Notes: generated by a model not told the origin, from the letters alone. 64,000 bases of DNA from an uncultured cyanobacterium (GCA_963703315.1 OY969811.1:640001-704000), one strand, 5' to 3'. Numbered from the stretch's first letter, positions 50,440 through 61,024 are shown. Numbers and translations are program-made.

Positions 50440-51081
50440 ATGACAAATTCCCCAAAAATCGTAGTCGTGACTAATGGCAAAGGGGGTGTGGGTAAAACAA
50501 CAACCGCGATCGCCTTAGCGGGCATCTTGGCACAGGACGCTAAAGTATTAGTTGTAGATGCCGATATACAGGGAAGTTTGTCTTGGTGGGTGGGGCGTAG
50601 TGATAAAAATATGGGTTTTGATATTGCCACAGAAATCGATCCTACCCATTTAAAAAAATTACCGAAACTTAGCAGTTACGATCTAGTATTGGTAGATACA
50701 CCGCCTGCATTGCATTCCCATGCACTAGCGACAGTCGTAGCGATCGCGGACTATTTAGTTTTGCCAACACCGCCAGCACCGATGGACTTAACTGCTCTCA
50801 TCGAAACTGTCAAAAGTACTGTAAGACCTGCTCAAGTACCACACCGAGTTCTGCTCACCCGTGTTGATCCGCGCTGCCTCAACGAAGCCCTTGAAGCTCA
50901 AAATACTTTACTAGAGGTGGGAGTACCTGTATTTCATGCCTTTGTAAGAGCTTACAAAGCCCATGAACGCGCTGCCCTTGAGGGTAAATTAGTAACACAG
51001 TGGAAAGGTAAAAATGCTAGAGAAGCAGAAGCGGACTATCGACGTGTAGTTGATGAATTACGGCGCGATATCTTGAAATAG
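50440..51081 (+). CDS. mcdA: ParA-family ATPase, likely type 2 McdA
   Basis: KGGVGKTT; GSLSWW double Trp; partner gene downstream. Confidence 0.7.
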   Translation: MTNSPKIVVVTNGKGGVGKTTTAIALAGILAQDAKVLVVDADIQGSLSWWVGRSDKNMGFDIATEIDPTHLKKLPKLSSYDLVLVDTPPALHSHALATVVAIADYLVLPTPPAPMDLTALIETVKSTVRPAQVPHRVLLTRVDPRCLNEALEAQNTLLEVGVPVFHAFVRAYKAHERAALEGKLVTQWKGKNAREAEADYRRVVDELRRDILK

Positions 51082-51084
51082 ATC

Positions 51085-51198
51085 TAATACCAAAACTAAA
51101 AATGGCAACGCCATTTTTAGTTTTGGTATTAGCCCTGACTGAATTCGTGAATTGGTATAAAAGATAGTTGCGGCGCTTCGCGCCGCAACTATCTTTTA
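51085..51198. repeat. Family E element followed by a family-B-type core hairpin
   Basis: taataccaaaactaaaaatggc-aac hairpin; taaaagatagttgcggcgc-ttc hairpin. Confidence 0.7.
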
Positions 51199-51228
51199 GC
51201 TATAATTACTAAATAATTATTAAAAAAT

Positions 51229-51852
51229 ATGTCAACTAAAAAGAAAGTCGGAATTGGGGATTTATTGCGTGATGAAGTCCAAAAAGTTACAGACTTACCA
51301 GTGATTGAAGTCCAAGCAGAAACCATTACCGATACCGTTAGTAAAGTTGCTAGTCGTCCAGCTTTGAGCGCAGAAACCTTTCAGAGTAAAGATGATGGCT
51401 CAAATTCAAAAATCTTGGCTTTGGAATCAGCATTATCTCAATCCCAAAAACGTGAAGTTGAACTGTCCCAAGCGATCGCGGATCTGCAAAAGGATTTGAA
51501 ATTTAGTCAAACCAATGTGGAACTTTTGCAAAAGTCACTGGCGGCGATCGAGCAGCTAAAAAATGAACTAGATCAACAACTGGTAGAAGTTAAACGCGAC
51601 AACTTACGCCTTGCAGAAGCGAATATCCAACTTGCAGAACAAGTCAAGACTGTAAAATCAGCAGATATTCCTGAGACTCCAAGTTCTTCCCAACTAGTTT
51701 CTCAAAGTCCCCAAAATAATAGAGCGACTCCTCGTAAGCAACCTGTCGAGCAACCCTATCCCCATCGCGATCGCACTCCCTATGCGCGTCCAACAGGCTC
51801 TAATGAGCAATTGCAGCGTATAAACAATAAAAATATTGGCTGGATGGACTAA
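51229..51852 (+). CDS. mcdB: Coiled-coil protein, likely type 2 McdB
   Basis: Basic N-terminus, central coiled coil, C-terminal IGWMD. Confidence 0.65.
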   Translation: MSTKKKVGIGDLLRDEVQKVTDLPVIEVQAETITDTVSKVASRPALSAETFQSKDDGSNSKILALESALSQSQKREVELSQAIADLQKDLKFSQTNVELLQKSLAAIEQLKNELDQQLVEVKRDNLRLAEANIQLAEQVKTVKSADIPETPSSSQLVSQSPQNNRATPRKQPVEQPYPHRDRTPYARPTGSNEQLQRINNKNIGWMD

Positions 51853-52057
51853 ACCGTAAAACCGTAAAAGTAAAGGCTTAACAAAGCACCGCCTTTACTT
51901 TTGTGAGACTTGCTAATTGCGACAAAATAAAGAAAATGTAACATTATGCCCAAATTTAAATCAGATGCGCTAAACTATTCTCCGTAAGGTAAAAGTATTT
52001 ATCGGTTGTAGCAATTGTTTTCTGTACTGACAGTTTTTTTCTGTTTCATCGTGACAA

Positions 52058-52110
52058 GCTTCTCTCCGACATCTCTATCTCTACATACTCATTGAATTCT
52101 TGGAGAAAGC
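52058..52110 (+). promoter_or_regulatory. rbp 5'UTR stem pairing TCTCTCCGA with the TTGGAGA RBS
   Basis: gcttctctccga complementary to ttggagaaagc; resembles the known cyanobacterial rbp leader. Confidence 0.55.
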
Positions 52111-52113
52111 ATA

Positions 52114-52446
52114 ATGTCTATTTACGTTGGTAACTTGTCCTATGAAGTTACACAAGATCATTTAAAGCCAGTTTTTGAAGACTACGGCAAGGTTACTCGT
52201 GTGCATTTCCCTACCGATCGCGAAACAGGTCGCGCTCGTGGCTTTGCATTCGTAGAAATGAGCCAAGACGCTGAAGAAGATGCAGCCATCACAGCCCTTG
52301 ACGGTGCTGAATGGATGGGTCGCGTCCTCAAGGTTAACAAGGCTAAGCCTCGTGAGAATAATGACTCATTTGGCGGCGGCGGTAATCGTGGCGGCGGCGG
52401 CGGTCGTGGCGGATTCAAATCTGGTGGCGGCGGTGGTCGTTACTAA
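52114..52446 (+). CDS. rbp: RRM RNA-binding protein with a Gly-rich tail
   Basis: SIYVGNLSY, RGFAFVEM, WMGR.LKVNKA. Confidence 0.95.
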   Translation: MSIYVGNLSYEVTQDHLKPVFEDYGKVTRVHFPTDRETGRARGFAFVEMSQDAEEDAAITALDGAEWMGRVLKVNKAKPRENNDSFGGGGNRGGGGGRGGFKSGGGGGRY

Positions 52447-52577
52447 ATCCATTTTTTAGAGCGCACAGCGCTCTAAAAAAAATAGTAGCTAATTACCCAA
52501 AATAGAGGAGAAAACTTAGTTTTCTCCTCTATTTTGCTATGCTATGCAAAAGTATGCACGCTTAACGTAGGTTTAGC

Positions 52578-54311
52578 ATGGATTTGCAACCATTAGGCAT
52601 TGTGGTTCAGGGTTCCTTAAGCGATGGCTTAGAGGTGAGGCTGAATGGTGAAATTTCAGTCGAAGATATGCGCGTCGGTAAGTTTTTGGTGGTGCATGGT
52701 CGGCATACGCGATTTTTTTGCATTCTCACCGATGTTACTCTCGGCACGGCTAGCCCCCGTATTCTCATGAATCCACCCGATCCTGAGAATACATTTCTAA
52801 CTGAAATTTTGGCAGGGACAGGAACCTTTGGCACAATTAATCTCACGCCGATGTTAATGTTTGTCCCTTCTAATCCCTTTGATTTAATCACCCATAGAGT
52901 TAGTCAAAATAGCGATCGCGTTAAAAAGACTAAACGCAAAAAATCACCAACCTACGAGGTGATCGAAGCAAGCGACTTTCAACTCCTGCCTGTCAAGACA
53001 ATTCCTAGTCATTTCTCGCAAGTATTTGATGCCACTGAACGCGATTTTCGGATTGTGTTTGGTTGGGAGGATGACCCGCACAAGAGAAATTTTGCGATCG
53101 GGCAGCCCATTGATATGCCTGTACCGATTTGTCTTGACCTTGATCGCTTTGTTGAGCGTAGTAATGGCGTATTTGGCAAGTCTGGTACTGGTAAATCTTT
53201 TTTAACGCGCCTTTTATTATCGGGAATTATCCGTAAGCAAGCAGCAGTGAACTTGATTTTTGATATGCACTCGGAATATGGGTGGGAAGCTGCCACTGAA
53301 GGCAAAAGATTTAGTACGGTTAAAGGCTTACGGCAGTTATTTCCCGCACAGGTACAGATTTATACCCTCGATCCTGATTCGACGAAGCGGCGCGGGGTGC
53401 GCGATGCTCAGGAACTTTACATTAGCTATGACCAAATCGATGTGGAAGATTTAATGCTGATTCGTGAAGAGTTAAATCTCTCGGAAGCGAGCTTGGAAAA
53501 TGCGATTATTCTACGGAATGAGTTTGGGAAAACTTGGATTTCGCGGTTGTTAGCGATGACTAATTCCGAAATTCAAGAATTTTGCGAACAGAAAATGGGG
53601 AGTAAATCCTCGATTATGGCGCTTCAGCGTAAACTCACGCGCCTTGATGATCTCAAATATTTGCGCCAGACCTGTCCCGAAAATTACATTAAGCGGATTC
53701 TTGATGCGATCGCCGCAGGTAAACACATCGTGATCGAGTTCGGTTCGCAATCGAATCTACTTTCCTATATGTTGGCGACAAATATTATTACAAGGCGGAT
53801 TCATCACTCCTATGTGCAGCAAGCTGAGCGATTTTTACAGACTAAAAATATTAGCGATCGCCCCCAGCAGCTAACGATCACCATCGAAGAAGCCCATCGT
53901 TTTCTTGCGCCGAATACGGCTAGACAAACTATTTTTGGGACGATCGCCCGTGAGATGCGGAAATATTTTGTGACTTTGCTAATTGTTGATCAGCGTCCAT
54001 CAGGAATTGATAATGAGGTGATGTCCCAAATTGGTACAAGAATTACGGCTTTGCTCAATGATGAGAAAGATATTGATGCAATTTTTACGGGTGTAGCGGG
54101 TAGTGGCAATTTGCGAACAATTTTGTCGAAATTAGATTCTAAGCAGCAAGCGTTAGTATTAGGTCATGCTGTCCCTATGCCTGTAGTTGTCCAAACTCGT
54201 CCCTATGATGAGACTTTCTATCGCGAGATCGGCGAAGTCCCTTGGGAAGAAATTTCGACTCCAGAGGTTTTGCGGGTCGCGGAAGCTGCTAAAGCGGATT
54301 TAGGTTTTTAG
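52578..54311 (+). CDS. HerA/DUF87-family ATPase
   Basis: GKSGTGKS, IFDMHSEY, IEEAHRF, IAREMRKY, DQRPS. Confidence 0.88.
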   Translation: MDLQPLGIVVQGSLSDGLEVRLNGEISVEDMRVGKFLVVHGRHTRFFCILTDVTLGTASPRILMNPPDPENTFLTEILAGTGTFGTINLTPMLMFVPSNPFDLITHRVSQNSDRVKKTKRKKSPTYEVIEASDFQLLPVKTIPSHFSQVFDATERDFRIVFGWEDDPHKRNFAIGQPIDMPVPICLDLDRFVERSNGVFGKSGTGKSFLTRLLLSGIIRKQAAVNLIFDMHSEYGWEAATEGKRFSTVKGLRQLFPAQVQIYTLDPDSTKRRGVRDAQELYISYDQIDVEDLMLIREELNLSEASLENAIILRNEFGKTWISRLLAMTNSEIQEFCEQKMGSKSSIMALQRKLTRLDDLKYLRQTCPENYIKRILDAIAAGKHIVIEFGSQSNLLSYMLATNIITRRIHHSYVQQAERFLQTKNISDRPQQLTITIEEAHRFLAPNTARQTIFGTIAREMRKYFVTLLIVDQRPSGIDNEVMSQIGTRITALLNDEKDIDAIFTGVAGSGNLRTILSKLDSKQQALVLGHAVPMPVVVQTRPYDETFYREIGEVPWEEISTPEVLRVAEAAKADLGF

Positions 54312-54343
54312 ATATTAACTAGAGAACATACTCTTCTAAGTGT

Positions 54344-55540
54344 CTAATTACGATTTAGGCGAAATAGTAGGAATTGGGTAAATTGGGATTCGCTAAAATT
54401 ATCATCGCTAACCAAAATGAGACTCTGCGAACCATCGGCTAAACGGGGACCGATCGCCATTCCTTCTAAATTGTCTAGTTTAATCCCAAGGGTTGCTAAA
54501 TCTAGAACTAGATTTTTGCGGATTGATCGCACGTTAGGACTAGAGCGAAAGCTTTTAATTGATGAGGTATCATCAGCGCTACCTGTAGCAATTTGCCAGA
54601 TTTTGGCACTCAATCCTGCCGTGCCATTGGAGCGCTCAAGGGTGAGGAAATGTCCGCCGCGATCAAGAGCGACAAGATCATTTACTCCGATTTGGGTGAC
54701 AGGTGGAGTCATCGCTTCGACAGGATATCGATGCTCGGCAACAATTAGCGGTGCGATGTTCCCAACTAGATAATGCAAAAATCGACTTTCCGATGGTTGG
54801 CTTGCATCGGTTTGGGTATCCTGAGCAAGAGCATTTTCAGTAATTGCAAAAACGCGATAGGGATCGCCGATTGAATCGCGAATTACGATCAATGCTTCAA
54901 AACCAAGATTATCTCTTACTCCCTGTGGTTCTGGATTAGGAAGTTGATTCTTTTGGGGATTTGTTTCTTTTTTAGGCTCGAACAAATAGCGCTGAGGAAT
55001 TGGTAAACTGCGTAGCCATTTCCCTGTCAATAGGTCAAATTCATCGATAAATGACGGAATGCCTTTGCTAGTTACACCTTCACTGGAAATTAGTACTGTG
55101 CGATCGCCTGTTAAGGCAATTCCTTCGGGATCAACTTCGCCCTTAGGATAGGTATTGCCTGTCTTATCTTTGAGGAAATCTACGCCAATTACTTCTACAT
55201 TCTCAAGGTTGGGATGCTCTGGCTCAGAACTGAATTTCAATTTGAGCGCATAAAATCGCGCAGGCGCAAATTCACTGCGATCATCGGAAATGGCATAGAA
55301 AGTATTTTCAAAGCGATCGTAAGTTAGCCCTGATAGACCACCGACGGGAGTATTCTCAAACTTTTGTTTTGGTAATTTATACTCATTAATGAAGTCTAGC
55401 GATACATTCAGAAATGTGCGATCGCTGGCTATTGCTGATGCATGATTAATGCTAAATGTTGCCAAAAATACCAAGCAAAACCCAATTAATAACTTCCAAA
55501 ACTTTTTCAATGAGAACATATACTTATTCACAGGATTCAC
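54344..55540 (-). CDS. Esterase-like activity of phytase family protein
   Basis: VGGLSGL.YD, ISDDRS, DPEGI, DNLEGM, VSDDNF. Confidence 0.85.
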   Translation of the reverse strand: MNPVNKYMFSLKKFWKLLIGFCLVFLATFSINHASAIASDRTFLNVSLDFINEYKLPKQKFENTPVGGLSGLTYDRFENTFYAISDDRSEFAPARFYALKLKFSSEPEHPNLENVEVIGVDFLKDKTGNTYPKGEVDPEGIALTGDRTVLISSEGVTSKGIPSFIDEFDLLTGKWLRSLPIPQRYLFEPKKETNPQKNQLPNPEPQGVRDNLGFEALIVIRDSIGDPYRVFAITENALAQDTQTDASQPSESRFLHYLVGNIAPLIVAEHRYPVEAMTPPVTQIGVNDLVALDRGGHFLTLERSNGTAGLSAKIWQIATGSADDTSSIKSFRSSPNVRSIRKNLVLDLATLGIKLDNLEGMAIGPRLADGSQSLILVSDDNFSESQFTQFLLFRLNRN

Positions 55541-56570
55541 AACTAGGACGCGCTACTAGATTTTCGTATGGTTCGATCGCAAAAGGAAGTTGGGGATTCG
55601 TCAATAAATGGCGATCGCACAAATCAAAAAGCTCTTGCTTAGATTGCACCAAGCGCATTCCTGCTAAAAACTTACCTTCCGAATCGATACTTGTCCCGAT
55701 AAAGTTCAAGAACTTCTTCAAACTATTGACATGAGACTTCTCTCTCAAATTATCTTGGTAAGTAATCGCAAATAGATGTTGAATATATTTATGTACATCG
55801 GCAAGGGTAATTACTTGGACAGGTTTACCCGCAAAGCGATCGCGTATTTGTTGAAAAATCCAAGGATTGCGAATTGCCGATCGCCCAATCATTACTCCTG
55901 CCGCGCCCGTTTCTTTTAAGACCTGTTCAGCTTTGAGATAGGAAGTCACATTACCATTGGCTAATACAGGACAATTCACTGTCTGTACTGCCTGACGGAT
56001 CAAGTCGTAATGCACTTCACCGCGATATAACTCTTTAACAGTACGACCATGTAAGCTCAGCAGATCAATTTGATACTGATTGATTAATTGCAAAAGCTTT
56101 TCAAAATGCTCAATTGAGTCAAAACCAACGCGCATTTTCACAGTGAAGAGTCCAGAGATTTGTGATCGCAAAGCATCAAAAATCCGTTCAATAGTTTCAG
56201 GTTCTCGCAGTAATCCGCCACCAACATTTTTGCGATAGACACGCGGCGCAGGACAGCCGAGGTTAAGATCAATTCCTGCGATCGGATATTTCGTAAGCTG
56301 CTGAGCAATCCGCAACATATCAGGAATGCTTTCACCAATTAGCTGTGCAAATACAGGTCTACCCGTCGTATTACAGGTAATTGATTGGAGAATCTTTTTG
56401 TCGAGATTAGAGTTAGTATATACCCGAAAATATTCAGTCACGTAATAATCGGGACAGCCATATTCACTGAGCATTTGCATGAAGGCAAGATCGGTTACGT
56501 CCTGCATCGGCGCGAGTGCAGTCAGTGGTTGTCCAGATAAAATCGGTGGTGGTAAAGATTGAGAAGGCAC
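55524..56570 (-). CDS. dus: tRNA-dihydrouridine synthase family
   Basis: LAPMQDVT, DLNLGCP, HGRT, VLANGNV, GVMIGR. Confidence 0.9.
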   Translation of the reverse strand: MPSQSLPPPILSGQPLTALAPMQDVTDLAFMQMLSEYGCPDYYVTEYFRVYTNSNLDKKILQSITCNTTGRPVFAQLIGESIPDMLRIAQQLTKYPIAGIDLNLGCPAPRVYRKNVGGGLLREPETIERIFDALRSQISGLFTVKMRVGFDSIEHFEKLLQLINQYQIDLLSLHGRTVKELYRGEVHYDLIRQAVQTVNCPVLANGNVTSYLKAEQVLKETGAAGVMIGRSAIRNPWIFQQIRDRFAGKPVQVITLADVHKYIQHLFAITYQDNLREKSHVNSLKKFLNFIGTSIDSEGKFLAGMRLVQSKQELFDLCDRHLLTNPQLPFAIEPYENLVARPSCESCE

Positions 56571-56634
56571 AGTTGTTTGATAAACAGCAAAGTGTGAGAC
56601 ATTATCAATTGTTGATGATTAACAAATTTTGCTG

Positions 56635-56946
56635 CTACTTAGAAGACTTTTTAGGGGATTTTGGCATCTTAGTCTTTTTCGTTGCTAGTTTTTGCAGCTT
56701 TTGGACTTGCTTTAGGGATAATCCTGTAAATTTGGCAACTAAATCTATGGAGACACCAGAATTTAACATATTTAAGGCAATTTCATTTGATGCTTCAGCC
56801 TTGCCCTCAACCTTACCCTCCAGCAATATTTCTTGATAAATTACTGACTCTTTCATGATTTCGCTCCTGAGTAATCTTTGGATGATTTCTTTGTCTAGGG
56901 CTATACCAGATATTATAGCTGTGGAGGCTGTGACATGACTTTGCAC
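56635..56946 (-). pseudogene. C-terminal fragment of an Rpn/YhgA-like protein; intact small internal ORF at 56856-56635
   Basis: MKESVIYQEILLEGKVEGK..IALNML..G...VAKFTGLS; nuclease domain missing. Confidence 0.7.
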
Positions 56947-56993
56947 CTGTTTACTCGAAATTTTATCATTATTAATATATTCAGGTTCAATCC

Positions 56994-57623
56994 ATGAGCG
57001 ATCGCCCCACTCCCTACAACAGCAAAGATGAGAATAAATCCTCTGAGTATAAACAGGGATCGCTTTTTAGTGAAGGGATTCAGCGTAGTTCGCGAGTCTA
57101 TGACAGTGGTACGAGTTACGAAATGGGAAGTCAGTCTTTGCAAGTGTGGAAACAGGCGATCGCCAAGTATCAAGATGCCATCATCAAAACGATCCCCGCA
57201 GTTCAAACTTCTTTATTTGACTTGCCCTCTAGTCACTGCGATCCCCATACAATTAATCCCTTTACATTACCCATTCACCCTGCGGAGTTCTATCGCTTAC
57301 CAAGTTATAGTGACGATGCCTGCATATATTTTGTGATCGATCTCACTACCGAGGCGCAATCACCCGTGCTACTGTATGTAGGTGAAACGTGCCGTTCTCA
57401 CAAACGATGGAAAGGAGTTCACGACTGCAAACGGTATCTCCTTAATTATCGTGAACTGCATACCACCCACAATCTCCCGACACAAGTTGTCATGACCTTT
57501 TGGTGGGATGCGCCTTCCACCACCAAACCCCGTCAAAAACTAGAAAGAATCTTAATTGAAAAATGGCGATCGCCATTTAATAAAGAAAACTGGAACTTCT
57601 GGGGGACTCCTTTTGTAAATTAA
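56994..57623 (+). CDS. GIY-YIG nuclease family protein
   Basis: CIYFVID...LLYVGET...RW.G.HDCK...WRSPFNKE. Confidence 0.8.
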   Translation: MSDRPTPYNSKDENKSSEYKQGSLFSEGIQRSSRVYDSGTSYEMGSQSLQVWKQAIAKYQDAIIKTIPAVQTSLFDLPSSHCDPHTINPFTLPIHPAEFYRLPSYSDDACIYFVIDLTTEAQSPVLLYVGETCRSHKRWKGVHDCKRYLLNYRELHTTHNLPTQVVMTFWWDAPSTTKPRQKLERILIEKWRSPFNKENWNFWGTPFVN

Positions 57624-57726
57624 ATCGTCTGTAAATATGTAACTACATATATTTCAGTAATGATTTAACCAATCCTTGTCTGTATCTATTAACTTGATCT
57701 TCCTCTCAATATTTCTAAGGTTATTT

Positions 57727-57915
57727 ATGACTCCTCAAGATATGAATTCTAAACATGATGAATCATGGTTTGCCAAATTTTTTATCGGCAGTATGGTATC
57801 GATCGCTCTTCTTACAGTACTTTTGTCTTTTTTGCCTTCCCCATCAGGATTACGAAATTCACCACAAACTAAAACCTCATTAAGGAATTCACAGAATATA
57901 TCTGCTGTTGCTTGA
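57727..57915 (+). CDS. Small hypothetical membrane protein
   Basis: One hydrophobic helix; ATG at 57727. Confidence 0.45.
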   Translation: MTPQDMNSKHDESWFAKFFIGSMVSIALLTVLLSFLPSPSGLRNSPQTKTSLRNSQNISAVA

Positions 57916-57930
57916 GCGAATTTCTCTTAG

Positions 57931-59118
57931 TTAATTTGACTGATGTTTGACCTTAAAAAAGACAGCCTCAGTTTGTGCAGCCAGCTTATCCCATGCAAAA
58001 CGTTCCCTTAGCTCTGATTGGGCATTATCAACTAAGGTTTGGGCATAGTCTTGATTGTGTAAGATCTCAATAATCCCATCAGCCAACGAATCAGCATCAT
58101 TAACTCGTGTGACGATACCTGTGATCTTGTGTCGCACCACCTCTGGCAATCCCCCTGTATCAGATACCACAAGTGGAATTTTGGCAGCAAAACTCTCAAG
58201 GGCAACGATGCCAAATGGTTCATACAAGCTCGGAAAAACTGCACAATTAGCAACTTTCTGAAATTTCCAAAAATCTGCATCTGCCATAAAGCCAGTAAAC
58301 AAGACTTTGTGATAAATACCGAGATCCCAAGCTTGGCGTTGCAGCAGGATCGAATAAGCATCCCCCGTACCAATAATGACCAAACGCACTTGATCATTCA
58401 TTGTCGCGATCACCTTAGGCATTGCATTGAGCAGAATATAAATTCCTTTTTCATAGGTGATCCGCCCTACAAAATAAATAATTGCTTCCTCTGGCTTAGC
58501 GTATCGCGATCGCAGATCTTCAAGATCATGCTGGCGTTCAGCATTAATTTTTTGCCACCGATCAACGCTCAGACCGTTATAAACTACGTCAGTCTTGTCC
58601 GCAGGGCAATTTAGCGCTCGTTGCAACTCACCCCGCATATATTCAGAGCAAACAATTACCTGATGAGATGCTTGAGTTAAGCGGATTTCTTTATGGTGAA
58701 TATATCTTTGCGTGTCATTGTGAATGCCATTACAACGACCATATTCTGTCGCGTGAATTGTCGTAACTAGTGGGATCTGAAATTCGGTAGTGAGGGCGAT
58801 CGCCACTTCTTCGACTAACCAATCATGGGCATGAATCAAGTCTATAGAATTAGCCGCCAAAAGCTCTCTGGCGAAACTCAGCATATTCACATTCATCTGA
58901 GCAACCCATTGAAAAAAATCATGATTGGTTTCAACAGGAATGCGATGAACATAAATTCCATCAACAATTACTTCTAATGGCTCATTTTCAACTGCAACAG
59001 TGATTAAATGTACCTCATGTCCACGCTTAACGACTTCAGGATATAGCTCTGCTACATGACGAGAAATCCCTCCAATGATGCGTGGTGGGAACTCCCAAGC
59101 TAGAGCGAGAATACGCAT
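57931..59118 (-). CDS. Glycosyltransferase family 4
   Basis: WEFPPRIIGG, HAHDW, PSLYEPFGIVALE. Confidence 0.92.
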   Translation of the reverse strand: MRILALAWEFPPRIIGGISRHVAELYPEVVKRGHEVHLITVAVENEPLEVIVDGIYVHRIPVETNHDFFQWVAQMNVNMLSFARELLAANSIDLIHAHDWLVEEVAIALTTEFQIPLVTTIHATEYGRCNGIHNDTQRYIHHKEIRLTQASHQVIVCSEYMRGELQRALNCPADKTDVVYNGLSVDRWQKINAERQHDLEDLRSRYAKPEEAIIYFVGRITYEKGIYILLNAMPKVIATMNDQVRLVIIGTGDAYSILLQRQAWDLGIYHKVLFTGFMADADFWKFQKVANCAVFPSLYEPFGIVALESFAAKIPLVVSDTGGLPEVVRHKITGIVTRVNDADSLADGIIEILHNQDYAQTLVDNAQSELRERFAWDKLAAQTEAVFFKVKHQSN

Positions 59119-59437
59119 GATATTTAAGTAAGATTTGAACTAGTAAAGACAATGGTAGAAACCAAAATCTAGAGAACTGATGAGCATTAATTAATTAAGC
59201 CTAGTCAAATATACCAACTTTCAATCTATCACAATTGCAATATGTCTTATGTTTCCTGTTTCTACTTGATTTTCAGTAAATAATTTTCAGTAAATAATTT
59301 AGTGATGTGTAGCGCCGCCACTCGCTTCTGGATTTTGTACTGCTAGATGCTGAGAAACATCTCAAGATATGTTACTCTCACTGCATAATTTGTGATACTT
59401 TTCATGGCAACCGTGTGAATTGTGACAGGAGGCAGTT

Positions 59438-60634
59438 ATGACAGAAAACAAAACGAAAGAGGTGATTGAGGGCGTTTCTAAGCAAGTTGGGCAAACTTGG
59501 ACAAAAGTACAGCCGCAGTTGCAAGCGCTATTACTGAAACTTGTTAAAAGTTTGTTGCCTGCGCTGCGTAACCTGCAAGTCAAGCTCACCGAGTCTGATT
59601 TGGCTAAGGCAGAAACAAGCTCAACTAGCAATACTTCCAGTAATCCGACACTAGATAAAGCTCTGAGCATCGGTAAAGCTCTTTCGACTAAAACGATCGC
59701 CGCTTTAATTGTAGCTTTAACAAAACTTCAACAAAGTTTAGAGAAGGAAACAGCTTTAGATGCCACAGGTGAAGCTGCGGGTTTACTCAATGCTTCGACC
59801 GAGCCAGAATCGCCATTGATGACCCAAGTAAAGCAAGAATTTGGCATTGCGTGGAAATTTGTGAAGGAGCAAGTCACTCCCAAAATTTTGGCATTTCTAC
59901 AACTCTCGGTAGACAAGCTTGATCCGATCGCTACTAATATTTGGCAAAAAGCTTCAACAAAGGCAGCCGCAACACCTTCTTTGGTAAATTCTTGGGAAAA
60001 GCTGCAAGAAAATGACGCTTGGAAAAAGACTGTGACTGCGACTGCACCAATTTGGCGCTCAATTAGTGGAATTGCTGTACAGGTTCCCCTATCTGATGAA
60101 GTGAAGCGCATTCTGGATAAGCGGGCTGGTACTGTGGCGTTGGTGACTTTATTTTCACTATTGATTATTCTCAAGCCATCCCACGCCCATAGCCAAAATC
60201 TTAAAAAAGTTGCGAAGGAAGCAGCACCAGTTACTACCATCGCTCAAAAGAAACCGACGGCGGTGAAGCCTGCTCCTTCGGCTAAGCCTATTCCTGTCAA
60301 TGATTTGGTTAAGCCAGAGCGTGGTGATGCCCCATTGACATCTGAACAAATTGCGATCGCCAAGATCCAAACCCAAGTTTCCGAAGTGGCAAACCAATAT
60401 GGTGAATCTTTGCTAGGTTCAGTGCAAACTAACTTTAAGCGTGGACGCTTAATTGTGGCTCTGAATGATGGATGGTATCAACTAGACCCTAGTAAGCAAA
60501 CTCAATTGGTAACTGATTTACAAAATCGCTCGAAATCTCTTAATTTCAAAAAGCTATTTGTTGCTGATGCCGAAAACCATCTCATTGCCCGTACACCTGT
60601 AACTGGCAATGAAGTGATCATTTTAAGAAACTAA
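59438..60634 (+). CDS. Hypothetical cyanobacterial membrane-anchored protein
   Basis: 398-aa ORF; one TM; C-terminal WYQL...LIARTPV.G. Confidence 0.7.
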   Translation: MTENKTKEVIEGVSKQVGQTWTKVQPQLQALLLKLVKSLLPALRNLQVKLTESDLAKAETSSTSNTSSNPTLDKALSIGKALSTKTIAALIVALTKLQQSLEKETALDATGEAAGLLNASTEPESPLMTQVKQEFGIAWKFVKEQVTPKILAFLQLSVDKLDPIATNIWQKASTKAAATPSLVNSWEKLQENDAWKKTVTATAPIWRSISGIAVQVPLSDEVKRILDKRAGTVALVTLFSLLIILKPSHAHSQNLKKVAKEAAPVTTIAQKKPTAVKPAPSAKPIPVNDLVKPERGDAPLTSEQIAIAKIQTQVSEVANQYGESLLGSVQTNFKRGRLIVALNDGWYQLDPSKQTQLVTDLQNRSKSLNFKKLFVADAENHLIARTPVTGNEVIILRN

Positions 60635-60650
60635 ACTTAATGCGGCAATT

Positions 60651-60722
60651 TATACTGTATTGAAAGTTTTTGAAATCGACGCTTCGCGTCGATTTCAAAA
60701 ACCTTCAGTGCAAAGTGCTGTA
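60651..60722. repeat. Family C-like element (inverted)
   Basis: gtttttgaaatcgacgc-ttc-gcgtcgatttcaaaaac; GCTGTA end. Confidence 0.6.
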
Positions 60723-60736
60723 GTAGTTAGGTTTTT

Positions 60737-61024
60737 ATGGCAGAAATAAAAGATCAAAGACATCCTCAGTACACCAAAGATCGGCAAATCTTGAATGATT
60801 TATTGACGCAATCTGCACCGAGCAATCGTGACCATGCAGATCTGGCGCGTTTAATTGTGCGCTATAAAGGATTTATCGGTGCGCGTGACATTCAAACTGA
60901 TCTGCTCAAGGTACTTGATAGCTGGCAATTAACGGAAGAAGCATTATTTGCTAAAACTAGGGCGATTCATGCGATCGGCAAAGTGTATATAGCCCAAGAT
61001 GAAGGTCAAGACGATTGGGCTTAG
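60737..61024 (+). CDS. DUF3288 family protein
   Basis: DQ.HPQY..DR, LARL..RY.GF.GARDI, EEALF.KTR.IH, DW end. Confidence 0.85.
   Translation: MAEIKDQRHPQYTKDRQILNDLLTQSAPSNRDHADLARLIVRYKGFIGARDIQTDLLKVLDSWQLTEEALFAKTRAIHAIGKVYIAQDEGQDDWA

Noticed and set aside
52578..54311. HerA as an anti-phage defence system
   Set aside because: No SIR2, nuclease or NurA partner adjacent; looks like the conserved cyanobacterial ATPase
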